The notes under the pieces: generated by a model
Told to the model about the DNA's origin: nothing
Databases searched by the model: none
What the model saw: only the letters and a program-made list of their open reading frames with translations
Made by a program: the position numbers and the translations under genes
Part shown: piece by piece, positions 51,572-63,874 of the stretch
Numbering within the stretch: the stretch's first letter is position 1
How the letters are laid out: each line of letters begins with the position of its first letter
Assembly: GCF_001194135.2 (NCBI RefSeq)
Contig: NC_068997.1
Location: 7,011,412-7,075,411 of the forward strand
Length of the DNA stretch: 64,000 bases
Origin: Octopus bimaculoides
Lineage: Eukaryota
Direction: 5' to 3'

Positions 51572-51700
51572 TTACAGAAAACAAAAGACGCAGACAGGTG
51601 AAGGAACAACAAGCAGGTGTATTAGTTTGACACTTGGGAAGAATAGAAAGGTCTTTGACATTTCGAGCCTTTGCTCTTTAACAAAAAGGATGGAGAAGCG
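51572..51700 (-). mobile_element. Penelope-like element end, third copy
   Basis: Reverse complement TTGTTAAAGAGCAAAGGCTCGAAATGTCAAAGACC..AAACTAATACACCTGCTTGTTG is homologous to 8606-8720. Confidence 0.5.
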
Positions 51701-51944
51701 AAAATGTGTAGGAATTATTTGGTCAACATGATGAAATAACAGGAAGAAAGAGGCTGAGTGAAAGGGAGATAATAATGGTGACCTGGCTGAACTCGGGTAC
51801 GTAAGCACATGTGTGTATGGGAGATTGGTGTATGTGAGTGTGTATGTGTGAATGGGGGCAAGCGAGTGTGAACGTGTGTGTGGGTCAGCTTCAAATTTTG
51901 TGGGTCTGTGTGTGCCTATGGAAGCATGTGTGCATATGTGCATA

Positions 51945-52228
51945 AGTAACCTAGTGCATGCATTGTGTGGAGTGATTGCCACACCCTAGTGGTTGAGGGA
52001 ACCTGTGGAAGAGGTAGACCCAGGAAGACCTGGGATGAGGTGGTGAAGCACGACCTTTGAACATTAGGCTTCACTGAGGCAATGACTAGTGACCGAGACC
52101 TTTGGAAATATGCAGTGCGTGAGAAGACCCGGCAAGTCAAGTGAGACCATAATCCGAAGCCTCTGCCAGGGGTGTAGCCAGCCCACTTATGCGTACCTTT
52201 CTTTCATTGGACACTAAACTCTGCTTGC
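51945..52228 (+). mobile_element. RTE LINE ORF C-terminus and start of 3' UTR
   Basis: CHTLVVEGTCGRGRPRKTWDEVVKHDL*TLGFTEAMTSDRDLWKYAVREKTRQVK*. Confidence 0.9.
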
Positions 52229-52669
52229 GATTCGTAACAAATTCACACCTAGTAAGGTCCAGGCAACACCTATTCTAGTTGACTCTCTTTTCCTTGACTG
52301 ATGCCCCAAAAAACTTAGTTCTGATTTTTTTGGTGTCGGCTTGCCCAGAAAAGGTATTGCCCAAGCAACTAGGGCAACACCCCTGCATCCGCTACTGAAT
52401 TCTCCCCTAAATCACATCTAACCATCTTTAGGCAGAAAACTCACAAAGTTGTCAAGTGCATCAGATGGAAGGGCTCACAGTATTCTGTGTCTGTGCTCTG
52501 AGTTCAAAGTTCACAGAGGTCAACTTGGCCTTTCACCTTTTCAGTGTCGATAAAAAATATAAAACTCGTCCAAGAATGATGAGTTGGCAATGACATAAGA
52601 ACACCAAACCCCGTCACTATTATCAGCCTTCCCCCACTCAGTTTGGAAGTTTTGTCTTGTGGGTACTTG

Positions 52670-52855
52670 GCAACCTCACCAGTGCTGGTGCCATGTAAAA
52701 CACACTCAGCACACTCTGTGAAATGGTTGGCATTAGGAATGGCATCCATGCCAAAATAGACTTTGGCAGCACAAACTGCCCTGGCTTATCTGTTCATATC
52801 ATACTGTCTAACCCATAAGCACGGAGAAAGGGATGTTAAATGATGATGACAATGC
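52670..52855 (+). mobile_element. RTE tail copy, older
   Basis: GTGCTGGTGCCATGTAAAA..GGTTGGCATTAGGAATGGCATCC..GTCTAACCCATAAGC..TTAAATGATGATG. Confidence 0.75.
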
Positions 52856-53979
52856 TGATGATGATAATCTGGGGTTTTGGTATTCTGAGTTCAAATCTCA
52901 ACATGGCCTCCCTGAAATGGCCCCTTGGGTGCCTCTAGTGGAATCCACTCTGTTTGTAAGGATTCTCTTTCCAGTTTAAGGATACTTTCCTCCTTCCCTC
53001 CCACCAGTCTTGGAGGTCCTGGAAGGGGTTGGGAGCACAATGAATAACAACATGCTTCTAAACAGACTGTAAAGAAAAATGAAGTTTCATCATAAGCCTG
53101 CTCAATCAAGTCTCGGGGCTAAACAAAGACCATGGGCAGTGAAGCAATGTACACACACTTGATTAGATGAGCATCCTAATCTACAGCCTTCTAATTTCTA
53201 ATTAATAGAAAAAAAAAAAAATAATAATATTTGGGAAGCAATAAAAAGCAGACACATTTGGTTATTTGCTACTTCTTCATTTGGGTGTGTCTGTTCTTTA
53301 GTCTAATTCTGGTTGAATTCCCAATATTAAAAGACCCTTATGTCAGAATGATGGCATAAAAAAAGCCTCTGGAGACCCTGCTGTGTGTACAAGAAGGATG
53401 ATAATGAACTAGTAAACTGCATCAAAGAAAGGAATAAACAGAAGTTGAAGAAAAATAGGGAGAAGAGAAGGTATGGAGAGAAATAGACAGAGAGGAGGTA
53501 AGAGTTGTACAAAATGTTACTGGTGGTGGTGGTGGCAGTGATGGTGGTAGAGTTGTTAAGTGGAGTAGTGAGGAAGAGGTGAATCTGCCATAGTTTGCAG
53601 ATGATAACATCTCTAGGGGTGCTGCTGTAGTTTCAGTATTCCACTTGCCAACCTTAATACTAATATTGACAATTGGTTGGAGAATGAGATATCATGATGG
53701 TTATGCCTTCTTTGCTATTAACAATGTAACTAGAGTGTAATAGCCCTAACTTCAGTTGTGAACTCTGCTGGCTAACTTATTATTCAAGTCCAACCATAAC
53801 AAACAGACAACAATCCATGAAAACAAAATCAAACACACGCACTTATATATGACCAAAAGCAAGCAGTGGATAACTCAAAGGACATGTCCAGTGTAACTGG
53901 ATTTGCACATTTTCGCTCCCAAACAAGTTGGCCACTGCAAATGATGGAAGTTGTAAGAGTTACTCAACAACTGTATATA

Positions 53980-54004
<25 letters not shown>

Positions 54005-54011
<7 letters not shown>

Positions 54012-54380
54012 GCAAGAAACTTGCTCCCCAGCCACAAAGTTCCAGGTTCAGTCCCACTGTGTGGCACCTTGGGCAAGTGGTTTCTACTATAGCCTCAGGC
54101 CATCCAAAGCTTTGTGAGTGGATTTGGTTGACGGAAACTGAAAGAAGCCTGTCGTATATATGTGTGTGTGTTTGTATGTTTGTCCTCCACCATGCTTGAC
54201 AACCGATGTTGATGTGTTTACATCCCTGTTACTTAGCGGTTCGTCAAAAGAGACCGATAGAATAAGTACAAGGCTTACAAAGAACAAGTCTTGGAGTAGA
54301 TTTCTTCGACCCCAAAAAAAAACTCTATAAGGCAGTGCTCCAGCATGGCTGCAGTCAAATGACTGAAAAGAGTGAAAGAA
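54005..54380 (+). mobile_element. SINE family A (first of a tandem pair)
   Basis: B box GGTTCAGTCCC, family A body and tail. Confidence 0.85.
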
Positions 54381-54391
54381 TATATATATAT

Positions 54392-54780
54392 AGGCGCAGG
54401 CGTGGCTGTGTGGTAAGAAGTTTGCTTCCCAACCACATGGTTCCAGGGTCGGTCCCACAGCGTAGCACCTTGGGTAAGTGTCTTCTACTGTAGCCTCAGA
54501 CCGACCAAAGCTTTGCGAGTGGATTTGGTAGACGGAAACTGAAAGAAGCCCATCATATATTATATATATATATATGTATATGTTTGTGTCTGTGTTTATG
54601 CCTCCACCATCGCTTGACAACTGATGTTGGTGTTTACGTCCCCGTAACTTAGCGGTTCGGCAAAAGGGGTAGATAGAATAAGTCCTAGGCTTACAAACAA
54701 TAAGTCCTGGGATCGATTTGTTCGACTAACGGCAGTACTCCAGCATGGTCGCAGTCAAATGACTGAAACAATTAGAAGAA
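54392..54780 (+). mobile_element. SINE family A (second of a tandem pair), full length
   Basis: AGGCGCAGGCGTGGCTGTGTGG head through GACTGAAACAA tail. Confidence 0.9.
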
Positions 54781-54889
54781 AATACGTATATATAATGTAG
54801 TCGGAAAGTTACCATTGGTTTCGCGCCTATTATGTTCTTAGCAATAATATCGGCGACTCCTCACACCTGTGGGTTGTTGAGTAACTTAC

Positions 54890-55330
54890 ATCTTTGTTTC
54901 AGCTCACTTTTGGCACATAGGAAGCTTGATCAACTGCTTGAGAGCGGAAACCTATAAATCTAGCATATTGGCCATGTATGTCTATTGAGATATCTAGTGT
55001 TTGGTATCGTTCATACACAAGTGTCGGTCCAAGCAACGTTTGTTTATATAGTTTTAAATGAGGCGTGGTGTCCAAAAACCTGAAATCTGGGGGAGGGGCC
55101 TTTTCTAAAACTGTAAGATGATGTGATTGTTGGTAGACACTGAACAAGTTGAACGACTCCGTCGATATTCCTCCACGAGCTAGACAGAATATCAGGACGG
55201 TTGTCGAGCAAGTTGCTTCTACATAAATAAATAGAAACCTGACCTATATCTCTAAAAAGGAAAATTCACAAACAAATAATGAATTCCTACAAAAGGCTTT
55301 AAACCTGAAATTTGTAAACGAGGGATTGTA
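54890..55330 (-). other. Candidate non-coding first exon of a minus-strand transcript (upstream boundary uncertain)
   Basis: Ends at donor AAAGAT|GTAAGTT (54890/54889), coinciding with the switch from CpG-retaining to CpG-poor DNA; no ATG-initiated frame reaches the donor. Confidence 0.3.
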
Positions 55331-55444
55331 GGCGGTTGGGTTGTGACGTTCGACTTTTTCCACGGGTAACTACGTCATTTGTTAAATTATCTCCAGCGCG
55401 GAATTGAAACCAGATTGTGAAACTCATTCGCCGAAAACACAGGT
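55330..55444. promoter_or_regulatory. Candidate (bidirectional) promoter core
   Basis: CpG-dense unique sequence with CRE-like TGACGT (+) and TACGTCA, GGCGG and CCACG; plus-strand donor ACAG|GTAAAT at 55442/55443. Confidence 0.4.
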
Positions 55445-56005
55445 AAATAAATAGATAAATAAACGATAAACAAACACCATCTGAGAAAAGCATGAACTTT
55501 TGGGACGTTCACGCCAAAAGCATTATTGATGTGGCTTGTGTATTTATTTATTTTATTAGACACGATACTAATTTTAATCAATATATTACTGGTGTTTCTT
55601 TCATCGAACCTGAAGGAGGGACACAATTGAAAATAGGCAGAAATAATAAATTATTTTGTCCAGTGTTTCTATTTCTCATCCATCTAATAGAAATGTTCAG
55701 ATTTACAATGTGTAGGCAATGAGATGTTGTAACATTCATACTTTTCTCAAAGAAAATATCGCCATGTGAAGAGAGATTGATGACGAAATTGTAAAGTGCG
55801 TCATGGTCTCGGTTGACCGGGAATTAACCTCTGTGGTGCATACACACATGAAATTATTTGTTTTATTTATTGCCTTTACACCACGAAACAAATATTCTAT
55901 ATTTTAATCGGAAAGCAAATGGAAAATTTTATCGTTGCCGACTGGCAACAGCGATTCAAAACAAGAGAACTGATTTCGATCTAAAATCGAAACAGCCCTA
56001 ACGGT

Positions 56006-56190
56006 TGTTGTTTAGCCCCAGGACAATCGGTCAAAGGTGTTCAGATCTTTACCATTCCGTTTGTTTATGTAGATAGGACTACACTGTACAGTGTGTTTTT
56101 TTCCTTATATTATAAGTGAGTATAGTGTGATTTGAGAATGATTTGACAGCTGCTTCTAGTAGACCGATCGACTGCGTGAGAGCTTATCAT
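56006..56190 (-). mobile_element. Repeat family D copy
   Basis: GTTGTTGTTTAGCCCCAG..GTGTGATTTGAG..CTTCTAG is the reverse complement of the family D core. Confidence 0.7.
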
Positions 56191-59100
56191 TTGTCTTACG
56201 GTTCTCACCACACCAGCTTCAGATTTATTATTAATATTATTATTATAAAGAAGAAATGAAGACCGCGGGACGTTCATGACATTCTCGAACTACATACAAA
56301 CTATGGAAAGAGGGGAAAAAAGAAAAAATACAAACAGCTCAGCATTTTGGGGAAAATAAAGATAAAATAGACACAGCTGACCAGTTTAATATAAACAGAT
56401 TAATATTTGAGTTTTGGTAGGTTGGAAAATTAGATAAACCGATTCAGGTGAAATAATATCGGAGGGAAATAAATCTAATTTAACGAAAAGCCGGACGAGG
56501 TTTGGTGTGTATATTAACTCACATTGGCATTCTTTCGAATATCTATATCGTAAGAATGCCCTCACATTTGTTAATCTAATGTAAATATATACAAAAACAC
56601 ATACGGGTTAAACACTCCCATTTATATGGGATATATATATATATATATCCATTTGCAGTCATCTCTTTATATATATACGCGCGCAAACCAAATTGCATTT
56701 AAATTCGAGGATAAAAAATAAATTACAGCCCATGATTTTCTATGAAGGTATAAAACCTGAAATTGTCAGGGTGTGGGAATCAGGTTTAGTGACGTTAATT
56801 TTTTTTTCTCTCGAAGACTTCAAACGGCGCAAATCAATGACACATGCCGTCTCAGATTATTTGAAAAGGAGTGAAGATGAGATTCGCTGGTTATGCTGAG
56901 GTTTTCTTATCCAGGAAGGGGTGGAGTCGATGACTAGGTTCTGTTTTAAGAAACCCACAAGAATGAAAGACTCCAGAGGGATTTCATGACAATAAACAGA
57001 TGAAAGATTTAAGAAGTATGTTGATGAAGGTAACGACTAGAACAGAATTTGGTTCATGAAAACAACGAGACAATTACTTTATATACAAGAAGCACTGACC
57101 AAATAAAAATTGATAAATTTTAATTGCTTTAAGAATGAAAATAACAATAATAATGTCACAATTGGTATTAAACTAAAAACAAAATAACACTGAAAGTCGG
57201 GGGTCAGAAGTCAAACTGCATAACATATAAATATAGGGAAGAGACGAAGATAAGTAAAAATATATATAGGCATATATAAATATAGACTTATAGCTTACCT
57301 ATTTTCCATAACAAATCGCTGTGGTCGAAGATAAGGAAACACACCTTAAAATGAGGGGTTTCCAGATTTCCGGCTTCCCAGGTTGGTTTTAAAATATGCC
57401 TGCTTAAATAAATCCTTTCGAACGAAGCGCTTTGTCATTTGAATGAGCTTAAGAATTCAGTTAAAAGGGTGGCCCGAGGCACCCTTTTAACGAATGCACA
57501 TGGATAAGTGATGATGTATAAATAGGTATATACATATATAAATGTATTTGTGTATATATATAGAAATATATACACCTTGTATGTCACGAAAGAAGGGGAA
57601 ATGAGGGTTTGTTTAAGCAGTTACATGGGAATTACTAATCACAAGTTTATCAGTATAACTGATAATAATGGTTTGTTGTTGGCGATAATACAGCGATGTT
57701 TGAAATCAGCGATAGTGGGAAAGAAAGAGGAGAGAGCGAGAACAATGTGAAAGAAATAAAATAGAGAGAAGGAGAAGGAGAAACAGATAAATAGTGATTG
57801 AATGAGAGAGAAAGGATGACTAGGCGGGTGAGAGAGTGAGATGGAAGGAATACGGTCGAATATACGGGAGTGTATTACTGTTGTTATTATTACTATATTC
57901 TGAAAGGTGTAGTAGTGGCTCACTGTCAATGTCAGCAGTCTTTTTCCTTCATTCCTTCTCTCATTTTTCTCTTTCAACACTGTAGAAATGAATTTCATAC
58001 ACACACTCCTTCTCTCTCTCTCTTTTATTTTGATTTTCTCTTTCTCTTTCTTCTCTCACATTTCCCCCCACATCCATCTCACGCTGTCTTCCTCCCATCC
58101 CCCTCTCTCTCTCGCCATAAACATTTAATACCTTTCTTTCTTTTCACTCATTCATAATCACGTCATTTCAAGTTTCCCATCCCTCTCACATTACGTTTCC
58201 CATTTCTTTTTCTCTCTCTGACCCCTATTTTTCTTAACACGCTTATTTTATTCAAGTCAGAAAATGGATTGTAGGATTAGAACATGGGACAACAATGCTT
58301 TGCGATAGTTGTTTCTGCTTTTTACTTTCTGAGTTTAAATCCCACCAAGATTAATAAAATAAAGTAACGGCACAGGATAATGGCTTGCCAGAACTGTTAG
58401 AGTTTTGGACTAGATGCGTTCCACTACTTTATATTCTAAGTGTTCGGGCAGACGTAGTAAAAATACAGAAAGAACTCAACAGATAATTACCTTTACATTT
58501 TACCACAATCTTACGTCAAAAAAAAATCGACCTAATGATCCCTGTTCTCATTTTTTTTTCTCGTAGCATTTGTTCGAATTTAGTTTATTCTTCCTCACTC
58601 TTTTAACTTGTTGAGTCTAGAGGAAGGGGCACGAGCAATGACCTTTTGTCCAACACCTGTCTTAATAAGATCTCTTTTACTTCTCCATCATTTGTTTCTT
58701 ATTCCTTTCTAACATCTCACCTCTCTCTTTCTTTCGATAATTCTCTATCTCGCTGTCTTTTTACTGCCAATATTTGCGCTTTCTCAAAAGTTGTTTTATC
58801 TGGTTACACCTCTCCTTACACTGTATTACTTTCAAACGAACCTTATTTATTTTACTCATCCATCTTCCCAAATATTCTCACTCTTCCACTTACGTTTTTT
58901 TCTTCTCGTTCTTGTTTCTTTAGTCACTCACATTCTTTATCTTTCGTATTTGCTATATATTTTTCACATACACACGCTAATTCCTTCTGCTATGATTCAA
59001 ACCTTTTCTCCTCATATCTCCTTCAATCTTTATAGATTTACTTCCTACGTGTGCTTTATTACTCTCTCTAACCTTTACTCCCGCATCCTGCTGATCCCTG

Positions 59101-60046
59101 TATATCGTTCCCTTACTCTTACCTTCAGCTATGCCCTATTTGTCTTTCATTTCGCTATTTATGCTTGTTTTTTCTCTCTTTATCTTGCTCTAGCTCGCAA
59201 TTTCTATCTATCTATCTGCCTATCTATCTATCTACGCACAAGAACACTCCCACGTGTTTATTAATATTTTTTTAATATCCTAGTTTCTTTTGTATGTATT
59301 CATCTCCGTCTCCCTCCCACATATTCTCTATTGTGTACTTTTGCCTGCCTCCCCCCACTCTCTATATATAATCTATTTCATCACTCAATCACTATATCTC
59401 TCATAATACGCTCTCTCATCCTCTCTGCCTTTTTTTCCAGCTCCTCCTTCGTTTCAACGATATTTTAAATGGCAAGCAGTCAGCTGATTCACGAAAGAGA
59501 AGTGACCGAGCCAAACATTACACCGGTTTAACAAGCTCAAGCATGACAGGACTTATCTCTCTTGCTTTTTCTATAGTTTTTATAGAGAGAATTAAAGTAT
59601 CATTGCAGGGAGATTTTGTTTCCTAATTACATAGATAATCTCATTTCTCCGTTGACAATATTACATATGGGATACTCTATCGTGTTTGTACTTAGCACGA
59701 AGAATGCTCCCGTAAAGTATTTTTTTCTCAGTCATTCTGTTGATTTTCATAATCAGTGTTACTGAGATCTCTTTATTTCAGTATATATTGATTATTCGCT
59801 GAGTATAATTTTTGTTGCCGAAGAAGTGTAATAAGGCCGAAACACATTCGATATTTTTCCATTAGCTTTAAAGCCAAGATTCCTTTCTTGTCATCATCGT
59901 CTTCAATTTTCAAAGAATTCAATTAGCTTATTTTATGGTAGTTAATTCCACTGTTTGTTTTTAGATTTGAAATATCGGTAGTTTTTGTCTATTCATTGTA
60001 TGAATCCATTTCAGTTAATCGAAGTTTCTCAAATCCCTAAAAAGAA

Positions 60047-60312
60047 GGTGCTACTTTGCCGGGTGATCTACAATTTAAAGGGAGATTACTTTTTAGTTTA
60101 CCTTGTATTAATGCTACTTTCCGTGTGATCTACGTGAGCAAATTTACTTTGGTGGGTGATGTACGCGCTTGTTTTAATTATTATATGGTTTTCGTATTAT
60201 CAAAATAGTAAGAATTTTGAAAAAATACATTTGCAATGCTAAGTATACGCAAAATAACTCAAAAAGTAACCTAAGGTAATCTCCCTTGTAAATCATGCGC
60301 CAAAGTAGCACC
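60047..60312. mobile_element. MITE-like element with about 50-bp imperfect TIRs, superfamily unassigned
   Basis: GGTGCTACTTTGCCGGGTGATCTACAA..AAGGGAGATTAC versus GTAATCTCCCTTGTAAATCATGCGCCAAAGTAGCACC; internal third copy TGCTACTTTCCGTGTGATCTAC at about 60112. Confidence 0.7.
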
Positions 60313-60384
60313 CATTTCATCCATATCATACCACGAGGCTATTCTTATCGATAAAAATAAAATATAAACGTGGATTCAGCAGCA

Positions 60385-61343
60385 GCTACGGGGTACCATT
60401 AATAAGGTTAGGATTGGCAAGTTCTGACATGTTTTTTTTCAAATGATGATGGTACTGCAGCGGGAATTGTAAACAATATTCTTAAATCATTACAGACATT
60501 TAAAAATATCTCAAAGTTTGTAGTCAGGCAATAAATTAAGTAATTCTATAGGTTTTAGTGATTTTGTGCGAATAGTAAATGTTGCATTTCTGTTTCAAAA
60601 ATCTACATCTTTATATTCAATAAGATATTGGTGCACTAACTCCTCACATACACACACCGTTTTTCTTTTTCTTTTTCGTTTTTTTTCTTCTTTTCTAGCT
60701 TATTTTAAGACTTTTCTTCAGCCAACCGCCATACGGTATTAAAACGCACAGTTAATCCAGCAATAACATTAATAATCAAAACATTTAAAACATGGCTTTT
60801 TCTAAAAACAAAGGTCTCATCTAGTGAATCGTAAACGTCAGTTATTTCTGCCAGAATGCTATCAGATGTTATCTCATCATGCATTCTTTTCTGGTTTTGA
60901 CTCACGCCTACACCCCCCCCCCCCAGTGGGGAGGTTTAATATCATCTCAGGATGTGTTCCTCCTCTTTAACTTCATTCCAGATGCTTTGTAAGTTGTTTC
61001 GTTAACTTCAAATTTTCAAGGTTAGATATTTCTACATTCAGTGTAGCATTTCTAGCTTGAATGACTTGGAACAAAATATTAGCTTCAGCCAAAACCGACA
61101 CAAACACATAAACAAAACATTTTAGGTATACTGCTTACACTCCGTTTACCTAAGTCTTAGTCGATAAATTTATCTCTAAAAGTTCTTGTAATGCTAAATG
61201 AATACCGGGAAAGTAAAATGCAAAAGGTTTAATATTTTCCAGTCTGTCAAATCACCTGCTGGATCTAATCTTTCCCATTCGCAAAATGAACCCCCACTTA
61301 ATTTTGCTCAGATCGCTTTAAATTTTGGTGTATCGTTGCCAAA
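60385..61343 (-). pseudogene. hAT-superfamily transposase C-terminal half including hATC dimerisation region, heavily decayed
   Basis: Minus strand, successive segments: DRLENIKPFAFYFPGIHLALQELLEINL; VIQARNATLNVEISNLENL; RMHDE...INVIAGLTVRFN; KPIELLNLLPDYKL; LRILFTIPAAV. These follow the order of RW..R..SVKPF, QARDATLD, GLTVRF and LRI.LT.P.TVAS.ERSFS motifs of hAT transposases; many stops and frameshifts. Confidence 0.75.
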
Positions 61344-61344
61344 T

Positions 61345-63240
61345 TTCCCTTTAAATACTCACTGGTAGGCTCCAGCAGCCAGCATCAGCTAGTTGTCACG
61401 TGATACTGTCTAAACTTCAACTGACCAATCGAGGCGAAGGGCGCGTAACCTTAGCCCGCGCCCTCTCTAAACCTGCCTTCAAACAGTGTCGTGTTAGTTT
61501 CAGTTCCAGCAGCCAGAGCCGACCAGCTGTTTTGTGGTACAATGCTTCAAACCAGGAAGAGGGGACGCCATGAATGAGACCGCTACCTGTCAATCAGCGA
61601 TGCTGTTTAAGTGTCAGCCAGTCTCACCGAGTGATGTTATTTCCCAGTCGGTATGTTATGGCTTTCAAGCCATTTCTGGTCTTCTCGCTTCAGCCATATA
61701 TAGAAGTTGGCTTTTTCTCATTACTTTTCTCAGCTCTGAGCTCGAAAATGCAAACCTTCTTTAGAATAACGTAGACATTTTCATTTAAATGAAGCCTCTA
61801 GCCCCCACTGCCAGCTGGTAATACTCGACAGTCTATCCGTGTTCTCTGCATTCTTCGTACCTCTTCTTCCGTTACTCTGCATTAGCGATGTTCTCTTCCA
61901 ATGGCACTGTCAGCTCTAGCAAAATTCCAATTCTCCGTTCTGTGTTCCATAGGATTAAGTCCGGTCTTTTTGTCGTTTTTATGAGTGGAAATATTAACAG
62001 TCTTTCCAAATCTGTGGCCAGCTCCCAGTATCCTTTCCATCTTTCGTCTCTCTCGTTTATTTTATTTGAAGGCCTGGCCTTATGTCCTTTTCTCTCCATC
62101 GAGATTTTTTGGCTTTGAATTTCATTCTCGCCCATAGTTCGTCCAACCGCTCTAACGTTCTATCTACTGCTTCTCTACTTTCTGATAATACAGTAACGTC
62201 GTCCATAAAAGCCCTTAATGGTGTCTGTCTTTGTAACAGATTTCTCAGTTTGTCGATCTGAATAACATCTTCATCACTAGCACAAATAAGATGACCGATA
62301 TCGTGCATCCGGCTGCAATACCTACTTCAAGCCGTTGCCACTCCGTTGTGAACTTCCCTGATGTAAATTTCATCCTCAAGTTGTCGTAGTAACACATGAG
62401 TATTCGTTGAACATCTTCTGGAATCCAAAAGAAGTCAATTGCTGCTTTGATTAGCGCGTGTGGAACAGATCTTTATGCATTGGCAAGATCTAGCCATGCA
62501 ATCTACAGGTTTTTCTACAGTTGTTTTGCACAGGTGATAGCTTCCCAGATGGCAAATGTATGTTCTATGCACCCAGGAATTCCTGCTTTTTGGATTGCTT
62601 TATTAACATATCCGTTAGGCCGTACGAATCTTGATTCATCTAGCAATAATTCCAAACATGATTTTCCCATCAGTATTCAATAAAGAAATGGGTTTGAATT
62701 ACACTCGTGTTTTTGCCTCTTTCTTTTTAAGTAAATAGATACCTTCAGCTATACACCATCGCTCTGCTACGTCTTTTTCCTTCCACATTTCTCTTATCAG
62801 TGTAAACAGCTGCAAACGTAATTTCGGGCAATACTTATTATACACCTTGTAGCTCACTCCGTCGTTCCCTGGTGAACTTTTGGCTTTTGCTTTTCTTATG
62901 AACTCATCCATTTCTTTTCGTTTGATGTCACTCGAATCGAATGGTACTCTTGGTTCAGGTGGTTTATTCAGCCCGAACGTTTCTGGGAGTACTTTATTTC
63001 TGTCAGAGTCGCTGTATGTCCCTTTAAGATGGCGTTCGAGCTCCTCTTTCGTGCAATCCAATTCTCCGCTTTTACTTTCGGTAAATAAACGTTTCGCATA
63101 TTGGTAAGGTTTGTTTACAAAGCTACGATAGTTCTTTTCTCTCTCCTTTCTTTCTTTTCTTAGTAGTTCTCGTTGCCTCTTTTATTTATCACTCCGTATA
63201 ACTACTTTAACCCTTTTCTTTCCTCCTCCTTTGGCGACGG
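61345..63240 (-). mobile_element. HERO-like non-LTR retrotransposon (RT plus restriction-like endonuclease), 5'-truncated, internally deleted, decayed
   Basis: Minus strand: EEERKGLK..FVNKPYQYAKRLF..LDCTKEELERHL..KSSPGNDG..FKPISLLN..AWLDLANA*RSVPH..GIAAGCTIS..PLRAFMDD..ARMKFKAKKSR, then directly RPDLILW..LELTVPLEENI..RKKRY..VGARGF..YIWLKR, stop at about 61638. Clade call from recalled motif pattern. Confidence 0.85.
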
Positions 63241-63874
63241 GGATGAACGACGACGAGAAGAAAATCGACTTTACGAGCGATGCCATTCGAAGTGTTAAAG
63301 AATTATTCCAAAGAAAGTTGAGAACGAAGAGGTCTTGGCAATAAAAAGTGAAATTTTCCTTTGAAGTGGTAATACGCCATATTGAAAATGAAAAAAGCTG
63401 GACACTACGTGGTCTGAAGACAAAACAGATATGTAATGTTCCGGGTGTCGAATTCACAAATCCTCCAGGTATAATTTTTTTTTCCGTGTGAGTTTGTGGA
63501 GTCACCAATTTTAGATGGGCTGTGGCCTAGCGTGGAAGAACCATCTAAATAACGGATCCGTTCAGAAAGCGGGAAAAGAAGATATCACTTCGCGAAGAAA
63601 GAACACTGTGTATTGAACATCTCAGAACCAAGATGTAGTTTTTATGGCTTTTACTTGAGGTCTCAGATATGTAGAAGTAGAAAAAGTTATACAAAATATT
63701 TACAAGTGAAGACCATGTTCATCTTCAGTGGAATCCAAGTCACAGTGGCTTAATGTCTACTTGTCGTTGCTTGTCTCATGGTTGTGTATCTCTCCAAAGA
63801 GAGATCAAGAGCTGACGAAGTCACGTCTTGCTCGCTGTGAGAGAGAGAGAAAGTCCAGAATTCCAAAGTTACAC

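Noticed and set aside
54899-55147. 82-aa minus ORF in the candidate first exon
   Set aside because: Non-ATG start, stops before the donor, no recognisable homology.
61610-61720. GAAA..CTCGGTGAG as a hammerhead at the HERO end
   Set aside because: Mostly inside the ORF end (YIWLKR..), core is not CUGANGA and helices do not form.
63182-63508. 108-aa minus ORF and opposite-strand MNDDEKK.. frame
   Set aside because: Neither resembles HERO N-terminal or hAT sequence; the plus frame needs two frameshifts. Left unassigned.
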